Positions 1-13,255 of a DNA stretch of 64,000 nt are shown piece by piece. The position numbers were made by a program, and so were the translations under genes. The stretch spans positions 70,990,001 through 71,054,000 of the forward strand of contig OX597822.1 of assembly GCA_951406725.2 (NCBI GenBank), read 5' to 3'. The DNA comes from Octopus vulgaris. Its lineage: Eukaryota. The notes under the pieces were generated by a model that was given only the letters and a program-made list of their open reading frames with translations, was not told the origin of the DNA and did not search any database. The stretch's first letter is position 1, and every line of letters starts with the position of its first letter.

Positions 1-369
1 ACACCCACACCTGTGCCTATATATGTGTGTGTGTATGTGTGTAAATGTATATATGTATACGTGTTAATATATATCTATATCTATGCGTTTATTTATATAT
101 CTACATCTATAGCTATATCTAGAAATGTATTTGACAGGCTTCCTCCAGTTTCCATCTATCAAATCCACTCAGAAGGCTTTCATCGGTCTGAGGCTATAAT
201 AGAAAACATGTATCCAAAGTGTCATGCAGTGGGACTGAACTTGAAGCCACGTGGCTGGAAAACCAACTTCTTACCACACAACCACACAACCATACACACA
301 TGCATGCACACACATACACACACATATATATTCAAATGTATATACACTACATACATATGTATATATATG

Positions 370-401
<32 letters not shown>

Positions 402-627
402 CATATATACATATATATACAAACACATACACATATATATGTATACACACACACACAAATATATGTATATGCTCAAATGTATATACACTAAGTATATATA
501 TATATATATATATATGTACTCATATATGTGTGTATACATATGTGTATATATGCACATATGGATACACACATGTATATATGTACATATATATATGTATATA
601 TATATAGATGTGTGAGTGTATATATAT

Positions 628-679
<52 letters not shown>

Positions 680-1435
680 GTACACATATATATGTATACA
701 CACACATAGAAATACATTCGCTTGCTCACATATGCATGATATCAGATTGATTGCACATTGAAGAGACCAGCATCTTGAGTTGTAAATTTGAGACAATTGG
801 ATTCAGGGAGCAAGACGGATTGAAGAGATACAGCATATGAAGAGATTGTGAGATTGTCTTAAAAATTAATGACTAATCAATTTATCGATAATGTCTATGT
901 CTACGCACATACCTCCATGTTTTCATATGTTTGTTTGTGTGTTTGAGTGAATGCATCTGTTTCCAATAATGAGACAATGTATTATGGAATAGTTATATAA
1001 CGTGTTTGAGAACTTAGGAGTGTGTGTGTGTGTGTGCATACATGAATGGAGAGGTATATATGTATGTGTGTGTGTGCATGTGTGTTTGTGTGTATACATG
1101 AATAGAGAGGAATATATGTATGTGTGTGTGTATGTGTGTGCGTGTGCGTTTGTATGTATAAATGAATGTCGAGGTATATATGTATGTGCGTGTGTGTGCA
1201 TGTGTGTTTGTGTGTGTACATGAATGGAGAGGTATATGTGTGTGTGTGCATGTCTGTTTGTGTGTATACATGAATAGTGTGTGTATACATGATTGTATGT
1301 TTGCAAATATATATAAATTTGTATATATATATATATAGATATATAAATGTATATATGTATACATACATATATATATGTATATATATATTTTATATATATA
1401 TATACATACATATATATATATACATACATATATAT

Positions 1436-1510
<75 letters not shown>

Positions 1511-1511
1511 C

Positions 1512-1564
<53 letters not shown>

Positions 1565-1575
1565 TATATATGTAC

Positions 1576-1616
<41 letters not shown>

Positions 1617-1671
1617 CAGCTGTATATTCAACATGCAGGAACTGACCACCTATTTTGTATATCTTAAACTA

Positions 1672-1750
1672 CCTCTGACGAGATTCGACTTTCAAGTAAT
1701 TTTAAATTTTATTAATTTTCTAAAAGTTTAGAATTGAAACAGCTGTAAGA
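1672..1750 (+). ncRNA. Hammerhead-like motif (decayed stem I)
   Basis: CTGACGA (1675-81), stem II GATTC..GAATT with long AT loop, GAAAC-AGCT-GTA (palindrome ACAGCTGT, GUA triplet); stem I only 2 bp. Confidence 0.55.
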
Positions 1751-2158
1751 AATGTTGTCAATTTTTTTTATTAATAATAAGAATGTATTATTTTATTATT
1801 TTTCTTCTTTCTTTCTTCTCCGCATTCTCTCTTTTTCACTTCTTTTTCTGTTTCGTTATTCCTCTCTTCCTATTTTCGATTTGACCCTACTAATACACTC
1901 CCTATTTTTCGGTCACTTTAATAAAACCCTTGATTCAAGAATACTGTGTATGAACTCCATACTTGGAATGACCAATTTTAAATACTATTGGATTTTACTC
2001 ATAAGGTATTGGAATCTTATATGTATAACATTCTGCTTAAAAAATGGATCTACAAATATAACATCCCTACATATCTCACATCTACTTTCTCTCTTCCACC
2101 TCATTCCCTATTTTGTATCTTATCTAAATTAACTATTACTTAACCATCCTCTCACACC

Positions 2159-2206
2159 GTCTCCTATGAAGGGATATAATAAATATCCTGGAAACAGCTT
2201 TAAGAC
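2159..2206 (+). ncRNA. Decayed hammerhead-like motif
   Basis: GTCT-CCTATGA-A-GGGATAT-aataa-ATATCCT-g-GAAAC-AGCT-TTA-AGAC; stems I and II intact, core mutated. Confidence 0.5.
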
Positions 2207-2320
2207 CTTCTATCTATAAATGTTCTAAAATCTACACAGCGTTGAGTTTTTTTATCTCATTCCGAAAAAATTTTATAAATAATAATTTGTTAATTGTCTC
2301 TCTATTTTCTTATCGTATTG

Positions 2321-2359
<39 letters not shown>

Positions 2360-2441
2360 TATATACACATATATTAATATAGATATAGATATGTATGCAT
2401 GTATGTATGTATCTCTTTATATATCTATCTATACATACATA

Positions 2442-3323
2442 TATAGGGAATCCCCCTACCAAAAAAAAACCCCAGAATTTTACAATGACATTTTATTCTC
2501 TTAGTTTTACATGTTTACATTTTTATCACCTTCAAAGTATTCCCCTTTTGAAGCAATGCATTGGTCAAGGTGCGTTTTGAAGCAGTGCTGGAACTCTTGC
2601 AAAGTGATGCCTTTTAACATCACTGTCATTTCATTTTTCACCTCTTCTACATCTACAAATTCCATAGCAGCAGCTTTCGTCACCAGAGATGACCTTTGAA
2701 AACAAGGTCTGGATCAACTTCCAACTGTTCTTTCTAATCATGACATGCATTCGGTCATGACTGCTTTTGATTTTCTGTGAGCAAGTGAGGCACAAATTTT
2801 GCTTCAACTCTTTTGATTTGCAATTCCTTGTTCAAAATTCGTTGACAGGAGCTCCAGGATACACCAGTCATATCAACATGTTTGTTTATTGCTTGGTGAT
2901 GGCCCTCCAAGATCAGTTCATGAATTTTCATGATGTTTTTATTTGTTCAGGAGGTTGACGGTCATCCAGAACAAGGTTGGTCCGCAAGCAAAAAGCGACC
3001 GTTCCTAAAGCATGAAGATCACTCATAAACTTGTATTTTGCTCATAGCAGCATCCTTGCAAGCTGTTTGAAGCATGACAACTGTTTCAGCAGCCGTTTTC
3101 CCCAGAAAAAAACCCAGAATTTTAAGGAAGCATGCTGATCCTTTGCAAAAATCAATGAACAGGAGAGAAGCACTGCAAACCAAAGACGTACCATGCAGCA
3201 GTATGATCCCATTGAGCAACACCAGTCAGCAGACTGATGCCAGATGGTCATATCAAGTGGCTTCTAGTGGCAGAAGCCTGAAGTACAATGGGGTGGTTAT
3301 TTTGGGGCATCCCCCCTTGTGTA
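2442..3323 (-). mobile_element. Internally deleted mariner transposon relic
   Basis: N-terminal GKTAAETVVMLQTACKDAAMSKIQVYE HTH; C-terminal FQHCF..LDQCIASKGEYFEGDK; degenerate TIRs in TA context. Confidence 0.8.
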
Positions 3324-3380
3324 TGTATGTACACATATCTATATACACCTTTCTCTCTATATATATGTATATATATATAT

Positions 3381-3586
3381 TGTGAAGCATGACTGTCACC
3401 ACTACTACATGAACCCGAAGATTGCAGAATTCAATGCATGAAAGTACTAGTTCAATCAGAATGAACATTTAACATTCTACTATTTCATTTTATTTTATTC
3501 AATTATAATATATTATCTTATATTATATCATTATAAGATTGTAAATAAAACGTGAAAATCAGACAAGGTTGGAATTCCTTTTATTA

Positions 3587-3587
<1 letters not shown>
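3381..3587 (+). mobile_element. Short Penelope 3'/pLTR-derived element with hammerhead
   Basis: (TA)n flanks; 3532-3585 is 53/54 identical to the Penelope 3' end at 9745-9798. Confidence 0.75.
3410..3454 (+). ncRNA. Minimal Penelope-type hammerhead motif (U4->C)
   Basis: TGAAC-CCGAAGA-T-TGCA-gaattcaa-TGCA-T-GAAA-GTAC-TA-GTTCA: 5-bp stem I, palindromic stem III AGTACT, CUA triplet. Confidence 0.65.
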
Positions 3588-3618
<31 letters not shown>

Positions 3619-3741
3619 GCATATACATATATATATACATACATATATATACACGTATATATATTTATACATATTATCGCCATCATTGCTTAATGTCTGT
3701 CTTCCATGCTGGTTGGGTGGGATACACACACATATATATAC

Positions 3742-4005
3742 TCTTTACTCTTTTACTTGTTTTAGTCATTTGACTGTGGCCATGCTGGAGCACTGCCTTT
3801 AGTCGAGCATATCGACCCCAGGACTTATTCTTTGTAAGCCTAGTACTTATTCTATCGGTCTCTTGTGCCGAACCGCTAAGTTACAGGGATGTAAACACAC
3901 CAGCACTGGTTGTCAAGCGATGTTGGGGGGGGGGGGAGACAAACACAGACACACAAACACATGCACACATACATGCACACATACATATATATATATATAT
4001 ATACG

Positions 4006-4043
<38 letters not shown>

Positions 4044-4115
4044 TACGAGTGCCACACAGTGGGACTGAACCCGGAACCACATGGTTGGTAAGCAAGCTAT
4101 TTACCACACAGCCTA
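3742..4115 (-). mobile_element. SINE family A (internal deletion)
   Basis: Reverse complement of family A. Confidence 0.85.
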
Positions 4116-4134
4116 TAAACATACATATATATAT

Positions 4135-4460
4135 CATCATCATCATCATCATCATTTAACGTCCGTTTTCCATGCTAGCATGGGTTGGACGGTTCGACCG
4201 GGGTCTGATAAGCCATGGAGGCTGCACCAGGCTCCAGTCTGATTTGACAGTGTTTCTACAGCTGGATGTCCTTCCTAACGCCAACCACTCCGTCAGTGTA
4301 GTGGGTGTTTTTTACGTGCCACCGGCACAAGAGCCAGTGCAGGCTGGCAAATGGCCACGATCGGTCAGTTCTTTTACGTGTCACTGACACGGACGCCAGT
4401 CAGGTGACGCTAGTAACTGCTACGTTCGAACGGTGCTTTTACATGTCACCAGCACTGGTG
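4135..4460 (-). mobile_element. RTE-tail repeat (family C)
   Basis: Matches 55105-55500; (CAT)n = (GAT)n tail. Confidence 0.8.
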
Positions 4461-4489
4461 TCTTAACTACAATTACCATTTGAATTTTT

Positions 4490-4532
<43 letters not shown>

Positions 4533-5617
4533 ACAACAGGCTTCCTCATAGTTTCTGTCTACCAGATTCACTCACAAGGCATTGGCCAGCTTGGGGCTAA
4601 TATAATAGAAGACGCTTGTCCAAGGTACCGTGCAATGAGACCGAACCTAAAACCAAACGGCTGCAAAGCAAGCTTCTTAACCCCACAGCCATTCCTTTGT
4701 CTGAATGCGGAATAAATTACGAGAAGATCATTGCAACCGTCTGATGATGAAATCCTGATGTAGGCATTGGGTGTCTCCTTAGTGGGTAGGGTTGCTGGGG
4801 AAAGAGGACTTCTAATGCCACTTTAGGGATGTCATTACTGCAGTTTGTACTGAACAGTTCTGCAGACACACACATTACAAGGTTTCACTCACACACACAC
4901 ACACACACACAAACATACACACACACCTTGATCGATAATGTCTGTGCGTACACATATGTCTGTACATGTAAACCAGTTTATGTGTGTGGTTGTGTTATTA
5001 ATGTGAATGAATACATTTCCAATGATGAGCGAAAGTATGTCTGAGTATGTTATTTGAATTGGCTCATCTGCATGTGTATGAGCGTGTGTGTGTGTGTTTG
5101 CATGTGTGTCTGTATATATATGCATGTGAGTGTGTGAGTGTGTATGCCTATGCATATGTGTGCATGTCTAGGAATATATACATATATATATATATATATA
5201 TACATTAATAGATAGATATATGTATGTGTGTGTGTTTGTGTGCATGTCTGTGTGTGTGAGTGTATACACACACACACACACACATATATATATTTATATA
5301 TATATTTATATATATATATGTATGTGTGTGTGTGTGTGTGTGTGCGTGTGTGTGTGTATGTATAGCAGTCCCACATACTAGCACACAGACAAACACACGT
5401 GTTTGAATCTATAATTACTTAATCTTTTCACCCCCAGTGGAACACAATGCCCCTTGAAGATATGTGCGCGTATGCATGTGTATATATATATATATATGTT
5501 ATGTGTATATATAAATGTGTTATGTATGTGTGTGTGTGTGCGTATATACATATGTATGTATGCATGTATATATGTATATACACACATGTGGCTTTCCCAT
5601 CTATTCACACAAACTTC

Positions 5618-5951
5618 ATAATGATGATGAAGACAATGATGAAGATGATGACTGTGCTGATGACTAATGATAGTGGCTATGAAGGTGATGATGATGATGA
5701 TGATGATGACGACGACGACGACCATGATGATTGTGATGATGATGATGGTGATGATGATGATGATATTGATGATGATATTGATGATGGTGATGATGATGAT
5801 GATGATGACGACGACAACCATGAGGATTGTGATGATGATTATTATGATCATGATGATTATGATTATGATGATGATGATGGTGATGATATTGATGATGGTG
5901 ATGATGATGATGACGACGACAACAATGAATTAGATTGTGATGATGATGATA

Positions 5952-6000
<49 letters not shown>

Positions 6001-6029
6001 CGACGACGACGACCATGATGATTGTGATG

Positions 6030-6061
<32 letters not shown>

Positions 6062-6156
6062 GATATTGATGATGATATTGATGATGGTGATGATGATGAT
6101 AATGATGATGATGATGATGATAATGATGACAATGATGATGGTTGTGATGATGATGA
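5618..6156. repeat. (GAT)n low-complexity tract with higher-order duplication
   Basis: Block GACGACGACGACCATGATGATTGTGAT..GATATTGAT repeated at ~5708 and ~6002. Confidence 0.9.
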
Positions 6157-6529
6157 CCAAACGAAAGCTTTATAGGCTAGAAGGATATTTTTCACATAAT
6201 ATATTTCCCAAGTCAGGGTGTGAGACTTCACAGAGAACAGGAATCTAAAAAGAAACAAAATCAATAGGAAAAGAAATTAATATCGCCTTTGGTCACAGCG
6301 GCAGCAGCAGCAGCAGCAGTAGCAGCAGCAACAGCAGCAGCTGCTGATACTGATGATGTGAATGATAATGATGATGCTGATGCTGTTGTTTGTCTTATTA
6401 TTACAGTTTCAATGTTCAATTGCGATAGATATCGAGCAAGTCTAAGATGAACACAAGCCATTATCAGAATGAGAAATTCTGGTCTATTGAGATATATAGA
6501 AAATTTTGTTGTTCCTTCTCACTACAAAC

Positions 6530-6628
6530 CGACACCAACGATAATACAACAAGTGGCGCCGATCTTTAACAATCTTCAAGAAGGTTTTCTTCTTCGTTGA
6601 TGTGTGAAAAAGTAAAAGTTTGTTTAAA
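6530..6628 (-). other. Candidate 99-nt exon (phase 2-2), possibly spliced to an exon starting at 6244
   Basis: Acceptor ttcatttgttccattAG, donor GTTTGT, one open frame [32 protein letters not shown]; next acceptor ttttgtttctttttAG at 6245; no homologue recognised. Confidence 0.3.
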
Positions 6629-6789
6629 CTAATGGAACAAATGAAAGCTCTCAAAGCCTACCCCCATCACATACACGCATACATAGGAGCACACACACAT
6701 GTGCATATTATATATATGTATATACATATGTATGCACACATACATATATACATATATATACCTAAATATATCTATATGTATATATGTAG

Positions 6790-6834
<45 letters not shown>

Positions 6835-6872
6835 TATATACATGTATACATACATACATATATATGTGTGTT

Positions 6873-6899
<27 letters not shown>

Positions 6900-6904
<5 letters not shown>

Positions 6905-7106
6905 ATGTGACCACGTGTATATCGTTGACGATTTTCTTTCTCCGTCTTCCCTTCCTTGGACTTTTCCTTTTTTCTATATTTCTGAAGAAGAGCTCCACTT
7001 GAAATATTAAATCCTCCTTCTTTCTTTCCTTTCCTGAGTGTCCAATAACACTATACTTGTTCCACATCCTCACGTTGTTGTGTTTTCTCTTTGTTCATGC
7101 TTGTAT

Positions 7107-7112
<6 letters not shown>
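6900..7112 (+). mobile_element. Short hammerhead-bearing element in (TA)n
   Basis: Homologous to 61396-61545 (...TTCCTGAG(C/T)GTCCAATAA..TTCCACATCCTC..). Confidence 0.65.
6978..7012 (+). ncRNA. Minimal hammerhead-like motif (CpG-decayed)
   Basis: ATTT-CTGAAGA-A-GAGC-tcc-ACTT-GAAA-TATT-AAAT; homologous to 61401-61433. Confidence 0.5.
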
Positions 7113-7201
<89 letters not shown>

Positions 7202-7212
7202 CACACACACAC

Positions 7213-7465
7213 AGGCGCAGAAGTGGCTGTGAGGTAAGAAGCTTGCTTCCCAACAACATGGTTCCGGGTTCAGTCCCACTGCATGGCACCTTGGGCAAGT
7301 GTCTTCTACTATAACTTCATGCCGACCAAAGCGTTGTGAGTGGATTTGGTAGACAGAAACTGCAAAAATGCCTTAACAACTGATGTTGATGTGTTTACAT
7401 CCCTGTAACTTAGCAGTTTGGCAAAACAGACTTATAGGATGAGTACCAGGCTTACAAAGAATAAC
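7213..7465 (+). mobile_element. SINE family A (internally deleted)
   Basis: Homologous to 32617-33070. Confidence 0.8.
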
Positions 7466-7469
7466 ATAA

Positions 7470-7568
<99 letters not shown>

Positions 7569-7864
7569 TGTATTTATATACATACTTTGTTGTTTGTTGA
7601 TAAGCTTGGTAATTGAAAGCACTCGATGCATTTGGGAATATTAATGTGTTTTATATACACTAGTTTGGCAGTTTGTTGCCTAAACTACTAAGTTAATGTA
7701 TATAAACCCACGCATAACATTATTCATACATAAACACACACACACACACATTTATACATATATATGTGTACATATATATATATACTTATATACATATATA
7801 TGTATTCATACACACACACATATATACATACATACAAATATACATATATGTACACACACATATA

Positions 7865-7932
<68 letters not shown>

Positions 7933-8217
7933 GCGTATATGTGTATATGGATAGTTATGTGGGTGTTTCTTTATATTGTGTATGTGTGAGTGTATGTATG
8001 TGTGTGTGTGTGCGTTTGCTATAAGCTTGCTTGAAGAAGAAAGGCAATATCTGCAGCCACTGTGACTCCCAGTGATGATCCAATGCGATTACCATAGCTG
8101 GTGCTTAGTTTGAAATTCTAGAGTTCAGTTGTGAAGAGCAAACAATATGGAAAGAGAGAGACTTCCAAAGCAATACGATTATAGTATAGGAAGGATTGAA
8201 TGAAATATTTGATATGG

Positions 8218-8885
8218 ATGCAGGCATGGCCATGTGATTAAGAGCCTCGTTTCATCACCACAAAACCACGATCCCATGGTTCAGTCCTAATAGGCCGACA
8301 AGATGGCAGAATTGTTAGCATGCCGGACAAAATGCTTAGCAGTATTTCATCTTCTGTTATGTTCTGAGTTCAAATTCTACCAAGGTTGACTTTCAGGGTC
8401 GAATAAATAAGTACCAGTTATTCATTGGGGCGTCGATGTAATCATCTTAATCCCTTTGTCTCTCCTTGTTTGTCCCCTTTATGTTTAGCCCCCCTGTGGG
8501 CAATAAAGAAATAAAAGGTCACAGCACCTTGGGCAAGTGACACTTACTATAGTTCCTGTTCAATCAACATCTTGGGAGTGAATTTGGAGACTGTGTGGAA
8601 GCCTGTCATATGTGTGTGTGTATGTGTGTGCATGCGTGTATGTATATATAAATATATATGTGTAAATGTGTGTGTGTGTGTGTGTGTGTATCTCTGCTTG
8701 ACAAACGGTATAGATTTGCTTATGTAGTCATAACTTAGCAGTTCGATAAAAAGAGACCAATAAAATAAGTACCAGACTTTAATAACAAATACATACTGGG
8801 AGTTGATTTGTTGAACAAAACCCTTGAAGATGGTGCAGCAGCAGGAATGTAGTCCAGTGGCTGAAACAAGTAAAACCTAAAAGAT
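8218..8885 (+). mobile_element. Old family A SINE with nested family B SINE (~8292-8515)
   Basis: Head interrupted after GGTTCAGTCC by a B copy, resumes at CACAGCACCTTGGGCAAG. Confidence 0.7.
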
Positions 8886-8907
8886 ATATATATATATATA
8901 TATATAT

Positions 8908-9798
8908 ACAAAACGTAACATCCCATACTGCCTAGCCAGAAGAATTTGTACTATTGTAGAAGATGCAAATATCAGGAACAAACGCCTAATAGAACTAAGA
9001 GAATTTTTGCTCAAACAAAAATACCCATCTCTACTTATAGAAAATGGCATACAGCGGGCTATAAAAATACCTATACAACAACTTAGGACAACCCAAGGAA
9101 GAGGAAAACAAGAACAAGTCATACCATTCATAGTGACACACAACCCATGTCACCAGAATATCTTCAACATTGCCAAAGCAAACCTTCCAATCATTGCCCA
9201 AAGTAATGAATTAAAAGACATAATCAAGGATCGAGCTATGGTGCTTAGTAAAAGACAGCCTAAAAACTTGAAAACATTACTAACAAAGGCAAAATTTGAC
9301 CTCAGCAACAAAGACCAAACATTCACGGTATCTAAATGCAATGATAGCCGATGTGGCACATGCCAATTCATACATACCGGTCAATATATAAACACAAAAA
9401 CCGGGAAAATATTCACAAACGCGAATATGAACTGCAAAAGCAGAAATTTAATTTACTGCATCAAATGCCCAAATTGTGAAGAAATATATGTAGGTCAGAC
9501 GGGAAACGCACTATTAGAACGCTCACGTGTACACCGGCAACAGATTAGAGACCCAGAGGTCCGTCAGATACCTTTGAGTAACCACCTAGCAACATGTGGT
9601 CGGAAAATATATATAATATTTCCATTCTACAAATTACACAGCCCAAGTGAAATCGAGAGGAAAATCAGATACAGTTTGCATAACCTAGCACTCTGGAGCC
9701 TACCCAGCTGTATTTATAGCACAGAATCACTCATCTTGCTACAGTATAAGATTGTAAATAAAACGTGAAAATCAGACAAGGTTGGAATTCTTTTTATT
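8908..9798 (+). mobile_element. 5'-truncated Penelope-like retroelement (RT C-terminus/linker + GIY-YIG endonuclease)
   Basis: Open frame 8908-9768: KRNIPYCLARRICTIV...CNDSRCGTC...NCKSRNLIYCIKCPNCEEIYVGQTG...ERSRVHR...HL; both flanks are (TA)n. Confidence 0.92.
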
Positions 9799-9816
9799 TA
9801 TATATATATATATATA

Positions 9817-10237
9817 GGTGCAGGAGTGGCTGTGATGTAAGAAGCTTGCTTCCCCACCACATGGTTCCTGGCTCAGTCCCACTGCATGGTACTTTAGGCA
9901 TGTGTCTTTCACTATAGCCTCAGGTCGACCAAAGCCTTGTGAATGGATTTGGTAGACTGAAACTGAAAGAAGCCTGTTGTGTTTGTGTATATATAGATGT
10001 ATGTATATGTGTATATACTTATGTGTGCATGTTTTTGCGCTTGTGTTTGTTGTCCCACCATCGCTTGACAACTGGTGTTGGTGTGTTTATGTCTCTGAAA
10101 GTGGTTCGGCCAAAATAAAAATGATAGAATATGTACTAGGCTTACAAAGAACAAGTCCTGGGATCAATTTCTTCGACTAAAGGCAGTGCTCCAGCATGGC
10201 TGCAGTCAAATGACTTAGACATGTAAACGAGTAAAGG
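9817..10237 (+). mobile_element. SINE family A
   Basis: Same structure as 32617-33070. Confidence 0.85.
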
Positions 10238-10361
10238 AGAATATATAAATATATGTCATATGCTGCAGTCACATGCAAAATTAAAATCTGAAGCTGAAAT
10301 GCCACTAACTCTCAAAATTGGTATGTACATTTGTTCCAACCCAATATATATACATGTGTGT

Positions 10362-10403
<42 letters not shown>

Positions 10404-10409
<6 letters not shown>

Positions 10410-10592
10410 CGTCATCCCATAAATAATGTGGTTTGTTTTAATACTTTTTTTTATTTTTCAAAATTAAAATAAACAAAGTTCTGTTTAAGTTCTTTTTTAA
10501 TCTAAAATATATTCTCCTTCATTTTCTACAATGCTCTTCCATCTATCTGGTAGACTTGCAAGGCTCCTCTTCCAAAATTCACTTGTCCGTGG
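10404..10592 (-). mobile_element. Mariner 3' end with TIR
   Basis: Minus strand RTSEFWKRSLASLPDRWKSIVENEGEYILD*; TIR-like TATTGCGTCATCCCATAAAT. Confidence 0.7.
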
Positions 10593-11234
10593 ACTGAACC
10601 TGAAACCATGTGGTTGGTAAGCAAGCTACTTACCACACAGCCACTCCTACGCCTATATGATAGCTTCCACACAATTTCCACCAACTAAATTTACTTGCTA
10701 GCTTGGCTCGGTGCTGTATAGTACAAGACCCTAGTCCAGATGCCACACTATGGGACCGAACCAAAAACCTTGTAGCTGGAAAGCAAACTCCTTATCTATT
10801 CAGCCACACTTATGCCCACGGCCATGTGTGTGCTTATAACTATTGCTAATAAACAAAAATTATTTATGAAGAACATATTTGAACTTTCATTCTAGAAATG
10901 TTCTGTCCATTTCCAGACAGTCATTCTCTATATTCTTTATACTACAATAATGGACAATATATTCAGTGGGAGAATTACCATATATTTTGGTGTTAATCAT
11001 ATTTTTGTAAGTAGTATACTGTATGAATTTTATACCAGTAAACCGCTGTTTTGCTATTATCATTAACCGTGTTATGTTCCTCACTGCTGTTCTTTTATAC
11101 AGAATATTTCTTTGGATTTAGCATAATCTAGTTATCCCTATTAGCATTATGAAACAATTTCGATACTGGCGCTATTCTTCTTGTCTTCTATCTTCATTAT
11201 TTCTATTCATGTCCATTTGCATCTCTAAACATCA

Positions 11235-11400
11235 TTGCTAAACTTATAAGAAGGTTGATGACATTTCTAGGGTTGTTGCTGATCTATTTAGGTTACATAA
11301 CTGGACAACTGAAATGCAGCTTTCATAATTTATTCATAAATCTAATGTGCTATATATATAAATATATTGGTCGTAAAAATCTGAGAGACAACATATAGTA
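11235..11400 (+). mobile_element. Degraded CR1/L2 RT fragment
   Basis: KLYKKVDD..DLFRLHNWTTEMQLS..GRKN resembles the post-YADD DLxxLxxW..QLxFN..GxKN region. Confidence 0.4.
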
Positions 11401-12269
11401 TTTGGTGGAAAGATCTAGAATCAGTAACCAACATTTGAGGTGGATCTGAGTGTTGAGTGGTGTGGCAGACAAAATGCCATGTAGTATTTAATTAGATCTT
11501 TTTCTATGTCCTTATTCAAAGTCTGACTTCACTTGTTTTCAATTTTGGGATTCTTATATCTTTTGTTGTTGTTTGTTCCTTCTTGAGCCATGTCTTGCTA
11601 ATAAGGGCCAGTTTCCTGGTTTCATTGGTGTATAGGTTCCCCACCTGGATGGAACGCTGGTCTGTCGCAGGTGAGCTGCTAGATGCAGGATGAAAGAATG
11701 AGAGACAGTTGTGGCGAAACAATCAGAAGTTCACTATTACCTTCTGCCAGAGCTGCATGGAACACAGGTGCTTTTGCTCGGCCTGAGATTTGAACTCATG
11801 ATCCCTCAACCTTGAGTCCGCTGCTCTAACCACTAGGTGATGTGCCTTCGCTCTTATATTTTTGACTTGTTTCATTCATTGGATTGTGGTCATGCTGGAG
11901 CACTGCCTGGAAGGCTTTAGTTGAACAAATCAACCTCGTTTGTCAAACACCAAAGACACACACACACACATATGATGAGCTTCCACACATTTTCCTTCTA
12001 CCAAATTCACCCACTCAATATTGGTCTACTCAGGACTATAATAGTGCCATGCAGTAGGACTGAACCTGGAACTATGTCGTTGCAGAGTTAACTTCTTAAC
12101 CACACAGCCATACTGGTACCTCTTAATGAAATAAAATATGTACAGTTATATACTGGGGGCAAATTTAATCAACTGTATACTCCCTGTATGGCCTTATAAC
12201 TGGGTTCTGAAATAAATTTGTTGTCTTTTTTTCCATTCATTTTAATCCTTATTTTTCATGAAGAATTTT

Positions 12270-12495
12270 TAAAAATCAGTTAATAATAAATTCTCCTTCA
12301 TCATTCATGAATTCCACTGGTTTGTCAATGGTTTGACAGTATAAATCACTGGGTCTTGACTTGAAGAATTCATCAAGTCATATTTTTCAGTTCTATGTCA
12401 TTGTTGAATGATATGCCTCACAGACTGTTGGAGAGAGACCCCAAAAAGTGATACATCAGAAGAATACAATGGGTGTGATAGAATTTTCTATCCGA
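12270..12495 (-). mobile_element. Mariner transposase C-terminal fragment
   Basis: Minus strand ILSHPLYSSD..SLSNSL*GISFNN (HPPYSPD-like region). Confidence 0.55.
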
Positions 12496-12496
12496 A

Positions 12497-12930
12497 AAGG
12501 TGGTGAGCTGGCAGAAATGTTAGCATGCTGGGTGAAATGCTTAGTAGTATTTCGTCTGTCTTTACATTCTGTGTTCAAATTCTGCCGAGGTCTGCCTTTC
12601 ATCCTTTTGGGGTCAATTAAATAAGTACTTGTAGAAAACTGGGGTCCATTACATCGGCCCCAGTGCCTTTAGTAGAAAGGATTATTATTATTATTATTAT
12701 TATTATGAAGGTGGTGAGCTGGCAGAAACGTTAGCATGCCAGGCAAAATGCTTAGCAGTATTTCGTCTGTCTTTACGTTCTGAGTTCAAATTCTGCTGAG
12801 GTCATTTTGCTTGTCATCCTTTTGGGGTCAAAAAATTAAGTATCAGTGAAACCTTGAGGTCAATACAATCGACTAGTCCCCTTCCCCCAAATCTCAGGCT
12901 TTGTGGCTTTAGTAGAAAGGATTATTATTA
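12497..12930 (+). mobile_element. Two tandem family B SINEs (Nin-like central domain)
   Basis: AAGGTGGTGAGCTGGCAGAA..GAGTTCAAAT..TCATCCTTTTGGGGTC..AAGTA; (ATT)n tails. Confidence 0.8.
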
Positions 12931-13255
12931 TTACTTATAAAATGGTTAATAGCAGAATTGATAGCATGCCAGACGGAATGCCATTTCAATATTTGGTACC
13001 TACAAATTCCATTGAGGAGAGATGTAGCTTCAGTTCAAATTCCATTGAGGAGAGATGTAGCTTAGTGGTTAGGGTGTTGAACTCATGATCGTAAGGTTGT
13101 GGTTTCAATTCCTGTATCAGGTGATGCATTGTGTTCTTGAGCAAAATACTTCATTTCACGTTGCTCAACTGGCAAAAATGTAATCCTGCAATGGACTGGA
13201 ATCCTATCCAGGGGTAGAATATATACACTACAGAAGGTAGGAAATTGGCTTTATG

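Larger units (their letters stand above)
1615..2322 (+). mobile_element. Non-coding (TA)n-inserted element with two hammerhead-like motifs
   Basis: Bounded by (TA)n on both sides; contains motifs at 1672 and 2159. Confidence 0.55.

Noticed and set aside
13-1667. Numerous Y/I/C/V/H/T-rich ORFs here and throughout the window
   Set aside because: Translations of (TA)n/(CA)n/(TG)n microsatellites, which lack stop codons
4741-4840. CTGATGA followed by an imperfect hairpin
   Set aside because: No GAAA at the base of the stem
5447-6175. 242-aa poly-Asp ORF resembling an acidic biomineralisation protein
   Set aside because: It is a (GAT)n tract open in several frames, with a microsatellite-derived N-terminus and no signal peptide
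10917-11240. Plus-strand exon-intron-exon with a 96-nt GT-AG intron (11007-11102)
   Set aside because: All frames hit stops soon after the junction, and part overlaps a CR1-like relic
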